Position numbers and translations under genes: made by a program. From Propionibacterium freudenreichii subsp. freudenreichii (GTDB lineage Bacteria; Actinomycetota; Actinomycetes; Propionibacteriales; Propionibacteriaceae), in NCBI RefSeq assembly GCF_000940845.1, contig NZ_CP010341.1, positions 360,001 through 392,000 of the forward strand: a stretch of DNA of 32,000 bases, written 5' to 3'. This document shows, in pieces, positions 7,885-18,966 of this stretch. The notes under the pieces were generated by a model that worked only from the letters and a program-made list of their open reading frames with translations, made no database searches and was not told the DNA's origin. Numbering within the stretch: position 1 is the first letter of the stretch; the number at the start of each line of letters is the position of its first letter.

Positions 7885-9146
7885 CCCAGAGCGATCCGCG
7901 ACCGGGTGACCACACCCTGACCAGCCAGATATCGTTCCGCGATGTCTCGAAGGTCTACAAGACCGCGTCGGGGTCGGTAACGGCCCTGAAGGGAATCAAC
8001 CTGGACGTGAAGCCCGGCGAGATCTTTGCGGTCATCGGTTACTCGGGCGCGGGCAAGAGCACTCTGGTGCGGCTCATCAATGGGCTTGAGAAGGTGACCT
8101 CGGGCAGCGTCGAGGTCAATGGCTTCGACGTGACGAACATGACCGAGCACCAGTTGCGCAAGGTGCGTCCGGAGATCGGCATGATCTTCCAGCAGTTCAA
8201 CCTGATGCAGTCGAAGACGGTGTACGAGAACATCGCCTATCCGCTGCGCCTGGCCAAGTGGAGCAAGGCCGACATGAAGGCCGGCATCACCGAACTGCTG
8301 CACTTCGTGGGGCTCACCGAGAAGGCCTGGGTGCACCCCGACGAGCTGTCCGGCGGCCAGAAGCAGCGCGTGGGCATTGCCCGGGCGCTGGCCACCAAGC
8401 CGTCGGTGCTGCTTGCCGACGAGTCAACCAGCGCCCTGGATCCCGAAACCACCCAGGACGTGCTCGGCCTGCTGCGGCGCGTCAACGAGAAGCTCGGCGT
8501 CACCATCGTGGTGATCACCCACGAGATGGAGGTGGTGCGCGCGATCGCCGATCGCGTGGCCGTGCTCGACAACGGCGACCTGATCGAACAGGGGCCGGTG
8601 GACCAGATCTTCGAGACCCCGGCCACCGAGACCACCAAGCGGTTCGTCAACACGATCATGCGCCACAATCCCAGCACCGAGGAATGGGACCGCCTCCGTG
8701 CGGAGAATCCCGATGCCACGCTGGTGAGCGTCAAGTCGGTGGACCCGGGCGAATTCGGCGCGGTGCTGGCGCAGATCAGCGACGACGCCAGCGACGACCA
8801 CAAGGTCAGCTTCGCCATCGTGCAGGGCGGCGTGGTGCAGGTGAAGACGCGCTCCATCGGCAGCTTCACCCTGGCATTGCGGGGCAGCCCCGATGCGATC
8901 TCGCGCGCCAGCGACAAGCTGTTGGCGATCTCGCACCAGAAGTCCGATGAGGCCCCGGCGCCGCCACCACGCGAGGCCACCGATGAGCCGGCGCAGCTGG
9001 TGAACAGCGCGCCCGGCTCGGCGGGGTTGATGACCGGTGAGACGGTGTCGCCGGCCCGCGCGGCCGGCCAGGACGACGCGGCCGGGCAGAGCGACGGCGC
9101 CCGCGACAACGGGATCGCCACAAACGGATTGGGGGTGCGGGCATGA
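7881..9146 (+). CDS. metN: Methionine ABC transporter ATP-binding protein with NIL domain and a low-complexity C-terminal tail
   Basis: Walker A GYSGAGKST, ABC signature LSGGQKQRVGIARAL and Walker B LLADESTSALD are present. The GTG start overlaps the metQ stop (GTGA). The tail of ~70 aa is A/G/D-rich. Confidence 0.9.
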   Translation: MTQSDPRPGDHTLTSQISFRDVSKVYKTASGSVTALKGINLDVKPGEIFAVIGYSGAGKSTLVRLINGLEKVTSGSVEVNGFDVTNMTEHQLRKVRPEIGMIFQQFNLMQSKTVYENIAYPLRLAKWSKADMKAGITELLHFVGLTEKAWVHPDELSGGQKQRVGIARALATKPSVLLADESTSALDPETTQDVLGLLRRVNEKLGVTIVVITHEMEVVRAIADRVAVLDNGDLIEQGPVDQIFETPATETTKRFVNTIMRHNPSTEEWDRLRAENPDATLVSVKSVDPGEFGAVLAQISDDASDDHKVSFAIVQGGVVQVKTRSIGSFTLALRGSPDAISRASDKLLAISHQKSDEAPAPPPREATDEPAQLVNSAPGSAGLMTGETVSPARAAGQDDAAGQSDGARDNGIATNGLGVRA

Positions 9147-9799
9147 ACTGGGACACCATCGGCCCCGTCTACGGCAAGGCAATCGTCGAGACCCTGATCA
9201 TGGTGGTGATCACGCTGGTCATCGGCGGTTTCGCCGGCCTGCTGCTCGGCCTGGGCCTGTACTCCACCCGTCGCGGTGGGGTGATGTCGAACTCCGGGCT
9301 GCACACCGTGCTGAACGTGGTGGTCAATATCGTGCGACCCATTCCGTTCATCATCTTCGTCACGGCCATCGGCCCGTTGACGCTGCTGGTCATGGGCACC
9401 ACGATCGGCACCACTGCGGCAACCTTCGCCCTGTGCGTGGCGGCCACCTTCGGCATCTCACGCATCGTGGAGCAGAACCTGGTGACCGTCGATCCCGGCG
9501 TGATCGAGGCGGCCCGTTCCATGGGTGCCGGCCCCTGGCGCATCCTGTTCACCGTGGTGATCCCGGAGGCCCTCGGGCCGCTGATCCTGGGCTACACCTT
9601 CGTGTTCGTGGCCGTGGTGGACATGACCGCCGTGGCCGGTGCGGTCGCCGGTGGCGGCCTGGGCCAGTTCGCGATCAGCTACGGCTATCAGCGCTTCAAC
9701 TGGGGCGTGACGGGCCTGGCGGTGGTCACGATCATCGTGTTGGTGCAGATCGCGCAGTTCACCGGTAACCGGTTGGCGCGCAAGGTGATGCGTCGCTGA
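9143..9799 (+). CDS. metI: Methionine ABC transporter permease
   Basis: 218-aa multi-TM protein with ATGA overlap to metN. It shows MetI-type features (IVRPIPFIIFV...; EAARSMGAGPW in the EAA loop). Confidence 0.9.
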   Translation: MNWDTIGPVYGKAIVETLIMVVITLVIGGFAGLLLGLGLYSTRRGGVMSNSGLHTVLNVVVNIVRPIPFIIFVTAIGPLTLLVMGTTIGTTAATFALCVAATFGISRIVEQNLVTVDPGVIEAARSMGAGPWRILFTVVIPEALGPLILGYTFVFVAVVDMTAVAGAVAGGGLGQFAISYGYQRFNWGVTGLAVVTIIVLVQIAQFTGNRLARKVMRR

Positions 9800-9830
9800 C
9801 AAGGGGCTTTATTGGTCGCTCTTGATGGTT

Positions 9831-9872
9831 GAAGGGGCGGGCGGACGACTGGTGTCGTCCGCCCGCCCCTTC
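9831..9872. terminator. Bidirectional intrinsic terminator-like hairpin between convergent metI and the SLH gene
   Basis: A perfect 19-bp stem pairs GAAGGGGCGGGCGGACGAC (9831-9849) with GTCGTCCGCCCGCCCCTTC (9854-9872). The loop is TGGT, followed by the T-rich GGTTTGTGGGCTTTGGTT. Confidence 0.8.
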
Positions 9873-9923
9873 GGTTTGTGGGCTTTGGTTGGGAGAGTCT
9901 CCCGTGCCCATCGGAGCGTGAGG

Positions 9924-12191
9924 CTACTTCACAGTCAGGACGCCCTTGATGACGGCGCGGTGGATGAAGGCTGCCATGGCGTCACGGTTGGTGTCGGCCA
10001 GGGGGCGGTAGGTGCTGTCGGGCCATCCGGTGGAGATGCCGGTGGAGGCCATCCATTCGATCTCGCGGTAGTACATGTTGTCGGCGGGCACGTCGTGGAA
10101 CGACGGGCTGGCCGGCAGCGCCACTGCAGGGCTGCCGGACTGGCGGTACAGGAACGCAGCCATCGCGTCGCGGGAGACCGGGGTGACGGGACGGAGGGTT
10201 CCGTCGGGCCAACCGGTGGTGATGCCCTCGTGCGCGGCCCACTCGATCTCCTTGTAGTACATGTTGCTCGGAGCAACATCGGAGAAGGTCTGCTTCGTCG
10301 GGGTGAACGCCGGCGAACCTGCCATGCGGTAGATGTAGGCGATCATTGCGTCACGATTGATGGGCGTGACGGGACGGTAGGTGCCGTCGGGCCAACCGGT
10401 CGTGATGTTGTTCGCCTTCAACCAGCAGATGTCGTTGAAGAACTGCATGTTCGGGGTGACATCGGTGAAGTACTGGGTATCGCAGGTGGGTGTGGTGCCC
10501 TTGTTGTAGGTGAAGTACCAGGTGGCGGTCGCACCCTCGGTGAGGGTGTAGCCGTCCTGTGCCTTGGCGGTGACGGTGATCTTCTGCCCATCGTTCAGGG
10601 TGATGGTGCCGGTGACGGTCTTGCCGTCGACCTGGTAGTCAACGCCGGGGACGGTGGGGATGGTGACCTGGTCTGCGCCCTGGCTGGGTGCCTTGGGGGT
10701 GACCGTGTTGCCGGTCTCACCACCGCCACCACCACCGGTGGTGCCGGTCCCGACCTTCACGTAGAAGGTGTTGCTCACACCGTCAGGGGCGTAGGTGACG
10801 GTCACCGGGTAGGTGCCGTTCGCGCCAGTGTTCACCTTCGAGATGTCGATCTTCACATCGTCGCTGGGCAAGGTGATGGGGTTGCCGGCATGGTCGTTGA
10901 CCACCAGGCCGAGGTTCCCCACGGGATCGAACTTCCCGCCCACGGCGACCTCGGCATCATGGCCGTCGATCACCTGGCGCAGTCCCACGTAGGGGGCCGT
11001 GCGATCGGGATTGACCTTCACCGGGTTGCCATCGGAGTCGACGACGTTGGCCGACGTGGTGCTGGCTTGGTAGATGTACTGCGTCATCCGATCGGCACCG
11101 CTGAACTCGGTGTCATAGCCGTGCTCCTTGACGGCCGCCGCGAGGGGCGCCGTGGGAACCGTGTAGTAGCCCTTCAGGTACAGCAGCCCATCGGAAGCCC
11201 CCGACGCGGCGGCCACCCTGAAGTTGTTCACCCAGTAGTTCACGCCATTCTCGGCCTTGGGCATGTACTGCTGCAGTGAGGGAACGGTCGTGTACTTGCT
11301 GCCGTCCTTCGACTTCACGGTGGCCAGGAAGGCACCGGTGTAGGGCACAAGGCTGGTGTCGCCAGCCTTCAGCGGGCTCGCGAAACGGATCGAAGTCTCG
11401 GGGACCGCGTTGACCGAGATGCCGTAGGACGCCGCGCCGATGCTGAATACCAGCCCGGTAGCCGGGTCCTGAAGCGTCGGCAGCGTCAGTGGCACTCTGA
11501 TCGTGATGCTGGCATTTGGGGCGAGCGTTCCCCGGAGTTCCACCTTCTCGAGGGACGTGGGCGCCTTTGTCGCGTCAGCGGTTCCGTCGAGGGACTTGTA
11601 CCGGTAGGTGATCGACTAGTCCGTCAGCTTGCCTGTGATCAGGTCCGGGTCCAGCTCACTACCCTTGAACGCGCTCGGGTCGACATCCACTGACTTGGAG
11701 TCATTGTCATAGCCGATATAGAACCTCGGGAGCGTCATCTGCTCGTCGACCTTGAAGTCGGCATCCGAGGTGTTCTTGATGGTCATCACCTGGTACATCG
11801 ACTTGACCTGATCGGCATCGACGATCGAGTGGCCGAGACTCTTTGGCAAGACCAGTTTCTTCCCCGCGGCGTTCGACATCGCCGGGGTGCCGGTGCCATC
11901 GGCGGTGGTGTAGGCGGCGATCTGCGAGTAGAGCTGGATCTTGTCGTTGCTGTGGGCGTCTGTGTACGCGCCCTGGGCGAAGTCAGAGTCGTTGATCACC
12001 AGGCTGGACGCCTCGGCGGCAGCGTCATTGCTGGCCACTGTGCCGTTTGCGGCGGCAGCCGCGACGGCAGTCGGGGTGTTCGGCGCGGCAAAGGCCGTGG
12101 CCGGGGCGATGAAGCTGGTGCCGATCAGGGCAGCGGAAGCTGCTGCCGCGATCGCAATCCGGCTCAGCCGGGGGAGTTGAATCCGTGACAT
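9924..12191 (-). pseudogene. SLH-anchored cell-surface (S-layer type) protein gene interrupted by one in-frame TAG at 11616-11618
   Basis: Track ORFs 11616..12371 and 9924..11543 are in the same frame. They are separated only by the TAG and 24 sense codons (...LITGKLTD*SITYRYKSLDGTADATKAPTSLEKVELRG...). The N-terminal part from ATG 12191 has a signal peptide (MSRIQLPRLSRIAIAAAASAALIGTSFIAPATAFAAP). The C-terminal part has Ig-like repeats and three SLH repeats (F.DV...Y.EI.W....GITTGWPDGT.RP..PV.RDAMAAF.YR). Confidence 0.8.
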
Positions 12192-12572
12192 GTACTCGTC
12201 ACTCACTTTCGATGGGGTGGAGAGCCGCCAAATGGGTAGCCCGCCAAAGGCGAACAGTGAACGGCTCTGTTTTGTCATCCTTTCGCAAACTATGAATTCT
12301 CGCCACGCGCTGTGATTGCGCTGTGGGCGATCCGAAGTGATTGTGTGACGGAATCCTGCACCATGGGCCACACGGTGCAGGAATCGACGTCAGGGGTAGC
12401 CGATCGGGGACCCCAGCACCCTTTCCCGGGCCCTCGTCCACCGGCTTGGAGGTCGCTCGGAATCACCGTCCCCAGGCTCTGGGGTCCGCTCGTGAGCGAT
12501 GTATCGTTGGGTATCGCTGAGCAAGCCACGGACATATCGTCCACGGCTTGCCACCACGACGAAAGGACTGAC

Positions 12573-13145
12573 ATGTACGGAGCATTCGGCAGGGGACCCG
12601 GCGGCCGTGGGCGTCGCGACAACGGCTTCGACGGTGGCCTCGCGGCGCCGTTCGACCAGATCGAGAAGCAGTTCCGCGACTTCGTGCAGGCACGCACCCA
12701 GAGCCGTGCCGCCCGCGGCGACGTGCGCGCAGCCGTGCTGGCGCTGCTGTCCGAGGAGCCCATGCACGGCTACCAGATCATCCACGAGATCGACAAGCGC
12801 AGCGCAGGCGCTTGGAAGCCCAGCGCCGGCTCGGTGTACCCGACGCTGCAGATGCTGGCCGACGAGGGACTCGTCTCGCTCGAGGAGCAGGACGGCAAGA
12901 AGGTCTACAGCCTCACCGAGACCGGCCGCAGCGAGGCCGAGGCGGCCAGCGACAAGCCCAAGCCGTGGGAGTCGGCGGCCGACAATGACCTGCCCGAGTC
13001 GATGGTGCTTCCGCGGGCCACGGCGCGCCTGGTGCAGGCAGTGGGCCAGGTGGTCACCACCGGCAACGCGTCCACCACCCAGGCCGTCACTGAGGTGATC
13101 GATGAGGCTCGCCGCAAGGTCTATTCGATTCTTGCGCAAGACTGA
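12573..13145 (+). CDS. PadR family transcriptional regulator
   Basis: PadR winged-helix signature: LALLSEEPMHGYQIIHEIDKRSAGAWKPSAGSVYPTLQMLADEGLVSLEEQDGKKVYSLTETG. I preferred ATG 12573 because GAAAGGA lies 5 nt upstream. The track ORF extends to 12312. Confidence 0.85.
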   Translation: MYGAFGRGPGGRGRRDNGFDGGLAAPFDQIEKQFRDFVQARTQSRAARGDVRAAVLALLSEEPMHGYQIIHEIDKRSAGAWKPSAGSVYPTLQMLADEGLVSLEEQDGKKVYSLTETGRSEAEAASDKPKPWESAADNDLPESMVLPRATARLVQAVGQVVTTGNASTTQAVTEVIDEARRKVYSILAQD

Positions 13146-13187
13146 AGCAGGTCGCCTTCGCGGCGCGGGTGACCGGGGAGGCCTCCA

Positions 13188-14885
13188 ATGAGCAGTGATC
13201 GACCACTGCGGGCACGCTATCGGCGAATCCTTGGGTTCTTCGCCCGGCTGACCGTGCAGATGTGGTTCTTCGACGTGGTGCTGCCGCGCGTGGGCCTGCG
13301 TCGGCTTGCCGCGCGCGGACGCACCCGGCGGTTCCAGAAGGCGGCGGCACGCTTCCACACGCTGGCGGCCGAGCTGGGCGGGCTGATGATCAAGCTCGGG
13401 CAGTTCATGTCCACCCGCCTGGACGTGCTGCCACCCGAGGTCACCGAGGAACTCGCCGGCCTGCAGGACGAGGCCCCCGAGGTGCCGTTCTCGCAGATCC
13501 GGCCCATGGCCGAGGCCGAGCTGGGCATGCCGCTGTCGGCTGCCTTCGAATCCTTCGAGTCCACCCCGGTGGCCGCCGCGTCGCTGGGCCAGGTGCACCG
13601 CGCGCGGCTCTCGCCGTCCGAGGCACGCGACGTCGGGTTCCGCAATGTGATGGTCAAGGTGCAGCGTCCCGGCATCGAGCAGGTGATCGACATCGACCTC
13701 ACCGCCCTGCGCAGGGTGGCCGGCTGGGCGTCGCACCTCAAGGCGATCTCGCAGCGCACCGACATGCACGGCATCGTCGAGGAATTCGCCCGCTCCAGCG
13801 CCGAGGAGATCGACTACCTGCACGAGGCCTCCAACGCGGAGCGCTTCGCCGCCAACTTCGCCGACGATCCGACGATTTCGGCGCCCGCGGTGGTGTGGGA
13901 ACGCACCAGCCGGCGCGTGCTCACGCTGTCGGATGTGAGCGCCATCAAGGTCGACGACATCGAGGCCCTGAACCAGCACGGCATCGACCCGCACGAGGTG
14001 GCCTATGCGGTGGCCGACGCCTATATCAAGCAGGTGTTCGAGGACGGCTTCTTCCACGCAGACCCGCACCCGGGCAATCTGTTCGTCACCCCGGTGCCCG
14101 ACGCGATGGTCGGCGAGGTGGGCAGGCGCTGGAAGCTGACCTTCATCGACTTCGGGATGATGGGCGAGGTGCCCGGCGACCTGCGCGGCCAGCTCAAGGA
14201 CGTGATCATCGCCATCGGCCTGCGCGACAGCCAACGCCTGGTGCGGTGCATGGAAGAGCTGCACATGCTGCTGCCCTCGGCCGATCGGTCGCTGCTGGAG
14301 CGCGCCGTGGGCCAGCTGTTCGACCGCTTCGGCGGCATGAGCCTGGCCGAGATGCGCGAACTCGACCCGAAGGAGTTCATCGACTTCGGACGCCAGTTCC
14401 GCGACCTGATGCGCGAGATGCCCTTCCAGCTGCCCGAGGACTTCCTGTTGCTCATCCGCGCCGCGTCGCTCATGAACGGGCTGTGCACCGCGCTCGATCC
14501 CGACTACAACCTGTGGGATTCGGTGCAGCCCTACGCCGACCAGCTCGTCACCGGCGACCCGGGTTCGCAGGCGAAGATGATCCTCGACGAGGGCAGGGCG
14601 CTGCTCGAGATCACCCTGGGCCTGCCCCGACGCCTGACCCGCGTGCTCACCATGGTGGAACGCGGCCAGTTGAGCGTCGAGATCCCCGAGATCGAACGCC
14701 AGCTCAGCCATATCGAGGTGGGCGTGCGACGCGTGGTCGCCGCCGTGCTGTTCGTGGGGCTGTTGCTCGGCGGCATCCTGCTGCGCGGCAACGACCCGAT
14801 GTGGGGCCTGATCATGATGGGCGTCTCACTGGTGCCGCTGGCCTACGCGGTGTTCGGGGGCCTGTTCAGGCGCTTCCGCGTCTGA
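13188..14885 (+). CDS. ABC1/UbiB (AarF) family atypical kinase with C-terminal TM helices
   Basis: 565 aa with SD GGGGAGG upstream. ABC1 signatures are present (KLGQFMSTRLDVLPPEVTEELAGLQDEAP, AAASLGQVHRA, FHADPHPGNLFV, IDFGMMG). Confidence 0.9.
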   Translation: MSSDRPLRARYRRILGFFARLTVQMWFFDVVLPRVGLRRLAARGRTRRFQKAAARFHTLAAELGGLMIKLGQFMSTRLDVLPPEVTEELAGLQDEAPEVPFSQIRPMAEAELGMPLSAAFESFESTPVAAASLGQVHRARLSPSEARDVGFRNVMVKVQRPGIEQVIDIDLTALRRVAGWASHLKAISQRTDMHGIVEEFARSSAEEIDYLHEASNAERFAANFADDPTISAPAVVWERTSRRVLTLSDVSAIKVDDIEALNQHGIDPHEVAYAVADAYIKQVFEDGFFHADPHPGNLFVTPVPDAMVGEVGRRWKLTFIDFGMMGEVPGDLRGQLKDVIIAIGLRDSQRLVRCMEELHMLLPSADRSLLERAVGQLFDRFGGMSLAEMRELDPKEFIDFGRQFRDLMREMPFQLPEDFLLLIRAASLMNGLCTALDPDYNLWDSVQPYADQLVTGDPGSQAKMILDEGRALLEITLGLPRRLTRVLTMVERGQLSVEIPEIERQLSHIEVGVRRVVAAVLFVGLLLGGILLRGNDPMWGLIMMGVSLVPLAYAVFGGLFRRFRV

Positions 14886-14997
14886 GCGATGGGCGGGGTG
14901 GACGCTTCTGCGTCCGGACGATGGGGCAGGGGGACGCGTCCGGGTGACGGGGCAGGCTCAGGAACTGTGCGCCCCGCCCCGGCCAACGAGGCCCCCA

Positions 14998-16386
14998 CTA
15001 GGCCAGACGTTCCTCGGCCCGATGCCGGCGCACGGCCGTATCGATCGCGCCCAGGCCGGCTGCGGCAACGGCCGACACCACGATCGAACCCAGCGTCGAA
15101 CCGAGCCAGCCGGGTGCCACGAAGCCGAGCGCCTGCGCCAGCCCGGCCCACAGATCGGACCAGCCCGGGATCGACCCCGGATAGATCAACTGATAGGCCA
15201 CGAAGCCGATGACCCAGGCCAGGGTCGGTGACCACCTGAACGGCGCTGCGGACGTGGTGTCCCAGCGTCCGCGCCGGGTGACGAAGAAGTCGACCACCGC
15301 CACGGTGAACAGCGGCACGAACGCCGAACCGATCAGGTAGAGGAATCCCTCGTACTGGTCGAACCCGGCCAGCCCGGCCAGCACGGTGGCCACCACGCCG
15401 ACCGCCACCGAGATGACGCGTCGATCCAGGCGTGGCGCCAGGTTGTGTACCGACACCGTCGACGAATAGACATTGGCGAAGGCGTTGTCGAGCTCGTCGA
15501 GCAGCAACAGGCCGATCGCCAGGCCACCCACCGGGAGCACCATGAGCGCCGCCAGCAGGTTGGTGCCGGCCAGGTCGCCGCCAAGGTGCGCCACCGCGAA
15601 CACCCCGAGTGCGTAATAGGCGAAGATTGCCAGGCCGTAGCCGGTCGCCGAGCTGGCGAACGCGGAGCGTCCCGAGGTGGCGTGACGCGAATAGTCCGCC
15701 GCGAGCGGGGCGAAGGAGACCACCTGGGCCGCCGCCAGGTCGACGCCGGGCCAGAAGCCGATCACGGTGTCCTGCCCGATGGTGTGGCTCGGCTGGCGCA
15801 GCACCATCACGAACAGGTAGATCGACCCGGCCAGCACCAGCCACAGCATCACGGTGCGCAGGATCTTCACGCTGCCCAGCGGACGGATCGCCATGAGCGT
15901 GCACAGCGCGCCGGCCACGATCACGAACGGCCAGTGCCAGGCGGCGCCGACGATGTGCGTGGCGGCGCTGGTGATCACGATGATCTCCATCATCGCCCAG
16001 CCGATGTTCTGCGCGATGTTGAGCACCGTGGGCACCACCGACGCGCCCCGGCCCAACAGGCCGCGCAGCCCGACCATCGACGGCGTGCCGGTGTGGGCGC
16101 CGATGCCGGCCGCGCCACCGAGCAACAGGGCACCGACCAGCGTGCCGAGCGCGCACGCCGCCAGCCCGCCGACCAGCGAACCCACCGATTGGGTGACCAG
16201 CGCGCCGGTGAGCGGGCCGAACAGGGTGACGCCGAACGACGCCCACATGGCCGTCTGGGCACCGGCTCCCAGGGTGCGCGGCGGCTTGTCGGTGAGCGTC
16301 AGCGGGGCCTCCACCGACCGGCGCGACTCAGTGCTGGACGAGCGGTGTCCGGCAGGCGTGGACAGCGACGAATATGCGTCTGACAA
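14998..16386 (-). CDS. cytX: NCS1-family permease, probable hydroxymethylpyrimidine transporter CytX
   Basis: ~12-TM protein of the cytosine/purine/thiamine-precursor permease type, sitting 6 nt downstream of thiD in the TPP-riboswitch operon. The start is uncertain (TTG 16386 in the track). Confidence 0.7.
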   Translation of the reverse strand: MSDAYSSLSTPAGHRSSSTESRRSVEAPLTLTDKPPRTLGAGAQTAMWASFGVTLFGPLTGALVTQSVGSLVGGLAACALGTLVGALLLGGAAGIGAHTGTPSMVGLRGLLGRGASVVPTVLNIAQNIGWAMMEIIVITSAATHIVGAAWHWPFVIVAGALCTLMAIRPLGSVKILRTVMLWLVLAGSIYLFVMVLRQPSHTIGQDTVIGFWPGVDLAAAQVVSFAPLAADYSRHATSGRSAFASSATGYGLAIFAYYALGVFAVAHLGGDLAGTNLLAALMVLPVGGLAIGLLLLDELDNAFANVYSSTVSVHNLAPRLDRRVISVAVGVVATVLAGLAGFDQYEGFLYLIGSAFVPLFTVAVVDFFVTRRGRWDTTSAAPFRWSPTLAWVIGFVAYQLIYPGSIPGWSDLWAGLAQALGFVAPGWLGSTLGSIVVSAVAAAGLGAIDTAVRRHRAEERLA

Positions 16387-16392
16387 GGTGGT

Positions 16393-17259
16393 TCACCACC
16401 AGCGGTAGAAGTGGTGCACGGGTCCGCCGCCTGCGCCGATGTCGAGGGCGTCGGCATGGGCGATGGCTCCGCTGAGCCAGTCCTTCGCGTCGCGCACCGC
16501 CGCGTCCCAGCTGTCGCGCTGGGGACGCAGGGCGGCGATCGCGGAGCTGAGCGAGCAGCCGGTGCCATGCGTATTGACCGTGTCGATGCGCGGGGCGTGC
16601 AGCACCTGCACGTCGTCGGCGCTGGCCAGCACGTCCACCGATTCGGCGCCGTGGCCGTGGCCGCCCTTCACCAGCACCCGCTCGGGTCCCAGCTCGAGCA
16701 GGCGGGTGGCCTGGCCGATCATCTCGTCGACGCTGTTGGCCTGGGGCTCGTCGAGCAGCACCGCGGCCTCGGGCAGGTTCGGCGTGATGAGGCTGGCATG
16801 ACGCAGCACCCCGCGCAACGCCTCCACGGCATCGTCGGGCAACAGGTGCGCGCCCGAGGTGGCCACCATCACCGGATCGACCACGATGGGCAGATCGGGC
16901 GTGGCGGCGCGCAGGGCGGCCAGCCCGTCGCGCACCGTGGTGGCCAGTTCGGCCGACGCGAGCATGCCCACCTTCACCGCGTCGAGGCGGATGTCGCTGG
17001 TCACCGCGTCGAGCTGGGCGGTGACGAACTCGGGAGGCGTCGCGAGCACGCCCGTGACGCCGGTGGTGTTCTGGGCTGTGAGGGCCACGATCACGCTCAT
17101 GCCGTAGGCGCCCAGCGCCGAGAAGCTCTTCAGGTCGGCCTGGATGCCGGCGCCGCCCGACGAATCCGACCCGGCGATCGTCAGGGCAACAGGGGGCCTG
17201 GTGGCCGCCGTGGCTCCGGACGGTGCGGTGGTGTCCGGGGCAGGGGGAGTGGACATCAT
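16393..17259 (-). CDS. thiD: Hydroxymethylpyrimidine/phosphomethylpyrimidine kinase
   Basis: ThiD motifs: [38 protein letters not shown] placed the start at ATG 17259, which overlaps the thiE stop (ATGA). The track ORF is over-extended to 17466. Confidence 0.9.
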   Translation of the reverse strand: MMSTPPAPDTTAPSGATAATRPPVALTIAGSDSSGGAGIQADLKSFSALGAYGMSVIVALTAQNTTGVTGVLATPPEFVTAQLDAVTSDIRLDAVKVGMLASAELATTVRDGLAALRAATPDLPIVVDPVMVATSGAHLLPDDAVEALRGVLRHASLITPNLPEAAVLLDEPQANSVDEMIGQATRLLELGPERVLVKGGHGHGAESVDVLASADDVQVLHAPRIDTVNTHGTGCSLSSAIAALRPQRDSWDAAVRDAKDWLSGAIAHADALDIGAGGGPVHHFYRWW

Positions 17260-18071
17260 CGGGCCGCCTTGTCGGGTGAGGGGTTCGGGCTTGCAGAGGG
17301 GTCCTGGCTTGCGGGGCTTGCCTGGCCTACAGGGTTGCCCGCCGTGTGGCCGGTGTGGGCCGCGGGGACGCCGGTGGCCCGTGACCAGGCGTCCACCAGG
17401 CGGCGGGTCGCGGCCGCGATGTCCGGCTGTCCGCAGATGGCGCTGACCACGCTCATGCCGTCGCAACCGATGGCGGCCAGCGGCGCGGCGTCGTCGGCCT
17501 TGACCCCGCCGATCGCGCAGACGGGCCAGGGACTCACCTCCACCACCGACGCCACGGTGGCCATCCCCAGGTCGCCGGCCTCGGGCTTGGTGCCGGTGGA
17601 GTGCAGCGCGCCGACGCCGAGGTAGTCCACCAGCTGCTCGCCCATGGCGCGGGCGGCGGCCACATGGCCGGGGGTCTGGGTGGACAACCCCAGGACCGCG
17701 TCGGGGCCGAGCATGGCCCGCGCCCGGTCAATGGGCATGTCGTCCTGGCCCACATGGGCACCCTGCGCGCCGATGGGGCCCACCAGGTGCACCCGGTCGT
17801 CGATCAGCAGCGGCACGCCGGTGCCGTCCAGCACGTCGACCAGGCGCCGGCCCAGGGCGACGAAATCGTCGTCGGACAGGTGATGGTCGCGCAGCTGCAC
17901 GAGCGTCACGCCGGCCGGGACGGCCTCGCGCACGGTGCGCACCACGCCGTCGACGCCGCCGCACTGTTCGGTGTCGGTGACCAGGTAGACGGACAGGTCA
18001 CCGCTGCGACGTCGGCCGGCTCCGGGCTGCCTGTCGAACTGCCCGTCGGGCTGGGCATCGGATCGGGGCAT
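17256..18071 (-). CDS. thiE: Thiamine-phosphate synthase
   Basis: ThiE-type sequence (LSVYLVTD..., [45 protein letters not shown]). I placed the start at ATG 18071, with GAGGA 8 nt upstream. The track ORF is over-extended to 18638. Confidence 0.85.
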   Translation of the reverse strand: MPRSDAQPDGQFDRQPGAGRRRSGDLSVYLVTDTEQCGGVDGVVRTVREAVPAGVTLVQLRDHHLSDDDFVALGRRLVDVLDGTGVPLLIDDRVHLVGPIGAQGAHVGQDDMPIDRARAMLGPDAVLGLSTQTPGHVAAARAMGEQLVDYLGVGALHSTGTKPEAGDLGMATVASVVEVSPWPVCAIGGVKADDAAPLAAIGCDGMSVVSAICGQPDIAAATRRLVDAWSRATGVPAAHTGHTAGNPVGQASPASQDPSASPNPSPDKAAR

Positions 18072-18103
18072 CGGACGGTCCTCGCTTCGTAGCATGGCCG
18101 GCC

Positions 18104-18964
18104 TCACGCGGCCAGGGCGCGCACGTCGGCTTCGGCGGCGAGCTGTTCGGGGCTGACGAGGTAGAGCTGGTCCACCAGCGCCGTGGCGAACGAGCCGGGG
18201 GCGCGGCTCTCGGCGGCGGCATGGTCGGCGGCGACGCACAGCAGGGCGGTGGCGGCCGTGGCGGCGTCCACCGGGTTCGGCACGACGGCGGCGAAGGCGG
18301 CCATCAGCGCGCCGAGGGAACAACCGACGCCGGTCACCCTGGTCATCCACTCGTGGCCGCTCGACACGGTGAGCACGCGCTCGCCGTCGGTGATGTGGTC
18401 CACCGGGCCGCTGATCGCCACGGCACAGTGATAGGTGCGCGCCAGCTGCTTGGCGGTGGCCAGGGCGGCAGTCACCGGATCGGTGGAATCGGTGCCGCGT
18501 CCGCCCGACGACGAGCCGGCCAGCGCGATGATCTCCGAGGCATTGCCGCGGATGATGGCCGGATCGCCGGCCGCCAGGGCATTGCGTGCCACGTCGGTGC
18601 GCCAGGGCAGGCCGGCGGCCACCGGGTCGAGCACCCACGGGTTGTGGTGCGTCGCGGCCGATTCGGCGGCCAGCAGCATCGCCTTGGCGGTCTCGGGATA
18701 GGGGGTGCCGGTGTTGATGAGCACGCCGCCGGCGATGGCCGCGAAGTCGGCGGCCTCATGGGAGTTGTCCACCATCGCCGGGCTGGCTCCGGCCGACAAC
18801 AACACATTGGCGGTGAAGTTCGCCACCACGATGTTGGTCAGGCACTGCACCAGCGGATTGTTGTCACGCACCGCGCGCAGCGCGCCCGCCAGGTCGACCG
18901 CCTGCTCGGTGGTGGCCGTATCGATGGTCCCGGTGGTTCCGTGGGCCATATGGACGTCGGTCAT
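18104..18964 (-). CDS. thiM: Hydroxyethylthiazole kinase
   Basis: ThiM signature NPLVQCLTNIVVANFTANVLLSAGASPAMV and ...VTGVGCSLGALMAAF. It lies immediately downstream of the TPP riboswitch. Confidence 0.9.
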   Translation of the reverse strand: MTDVHMAHGTTGTIDTATTEQAVDLAGALRAVRDNNPLVQCLTNIVVANFTANVLLSAGASPAMVDNSHEAADFAAIAGGVLINTGTPYPETAKAMLLAAESAATHHNPWVLDPVAAGLPWRTDVARNALAAGDPAIIRGNASEIIALAGSSSGGRGTDSTDPVTAALATAKQLARTYHCAVAISGPVDHITDGERVLTVSSGHEWMTRVTGVGCSLGALMAAFAAVVPNPVDAATAATALLCVAADHAAAESRAPGSFATALVDQLYLVSPEQLAAEADVRALAA

Positions 18965-18966
18965 TG

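Noticed and set aside
12390-14711. 773-aa minus-strand ORF opposite the PadR and ABC1 kinase genes
   Set aside because: It is a shadow ORF with a low-complexity composition rich in H, G, L, R and A. The plus-strand genes have strong family motifs and ribosome-binding sites.
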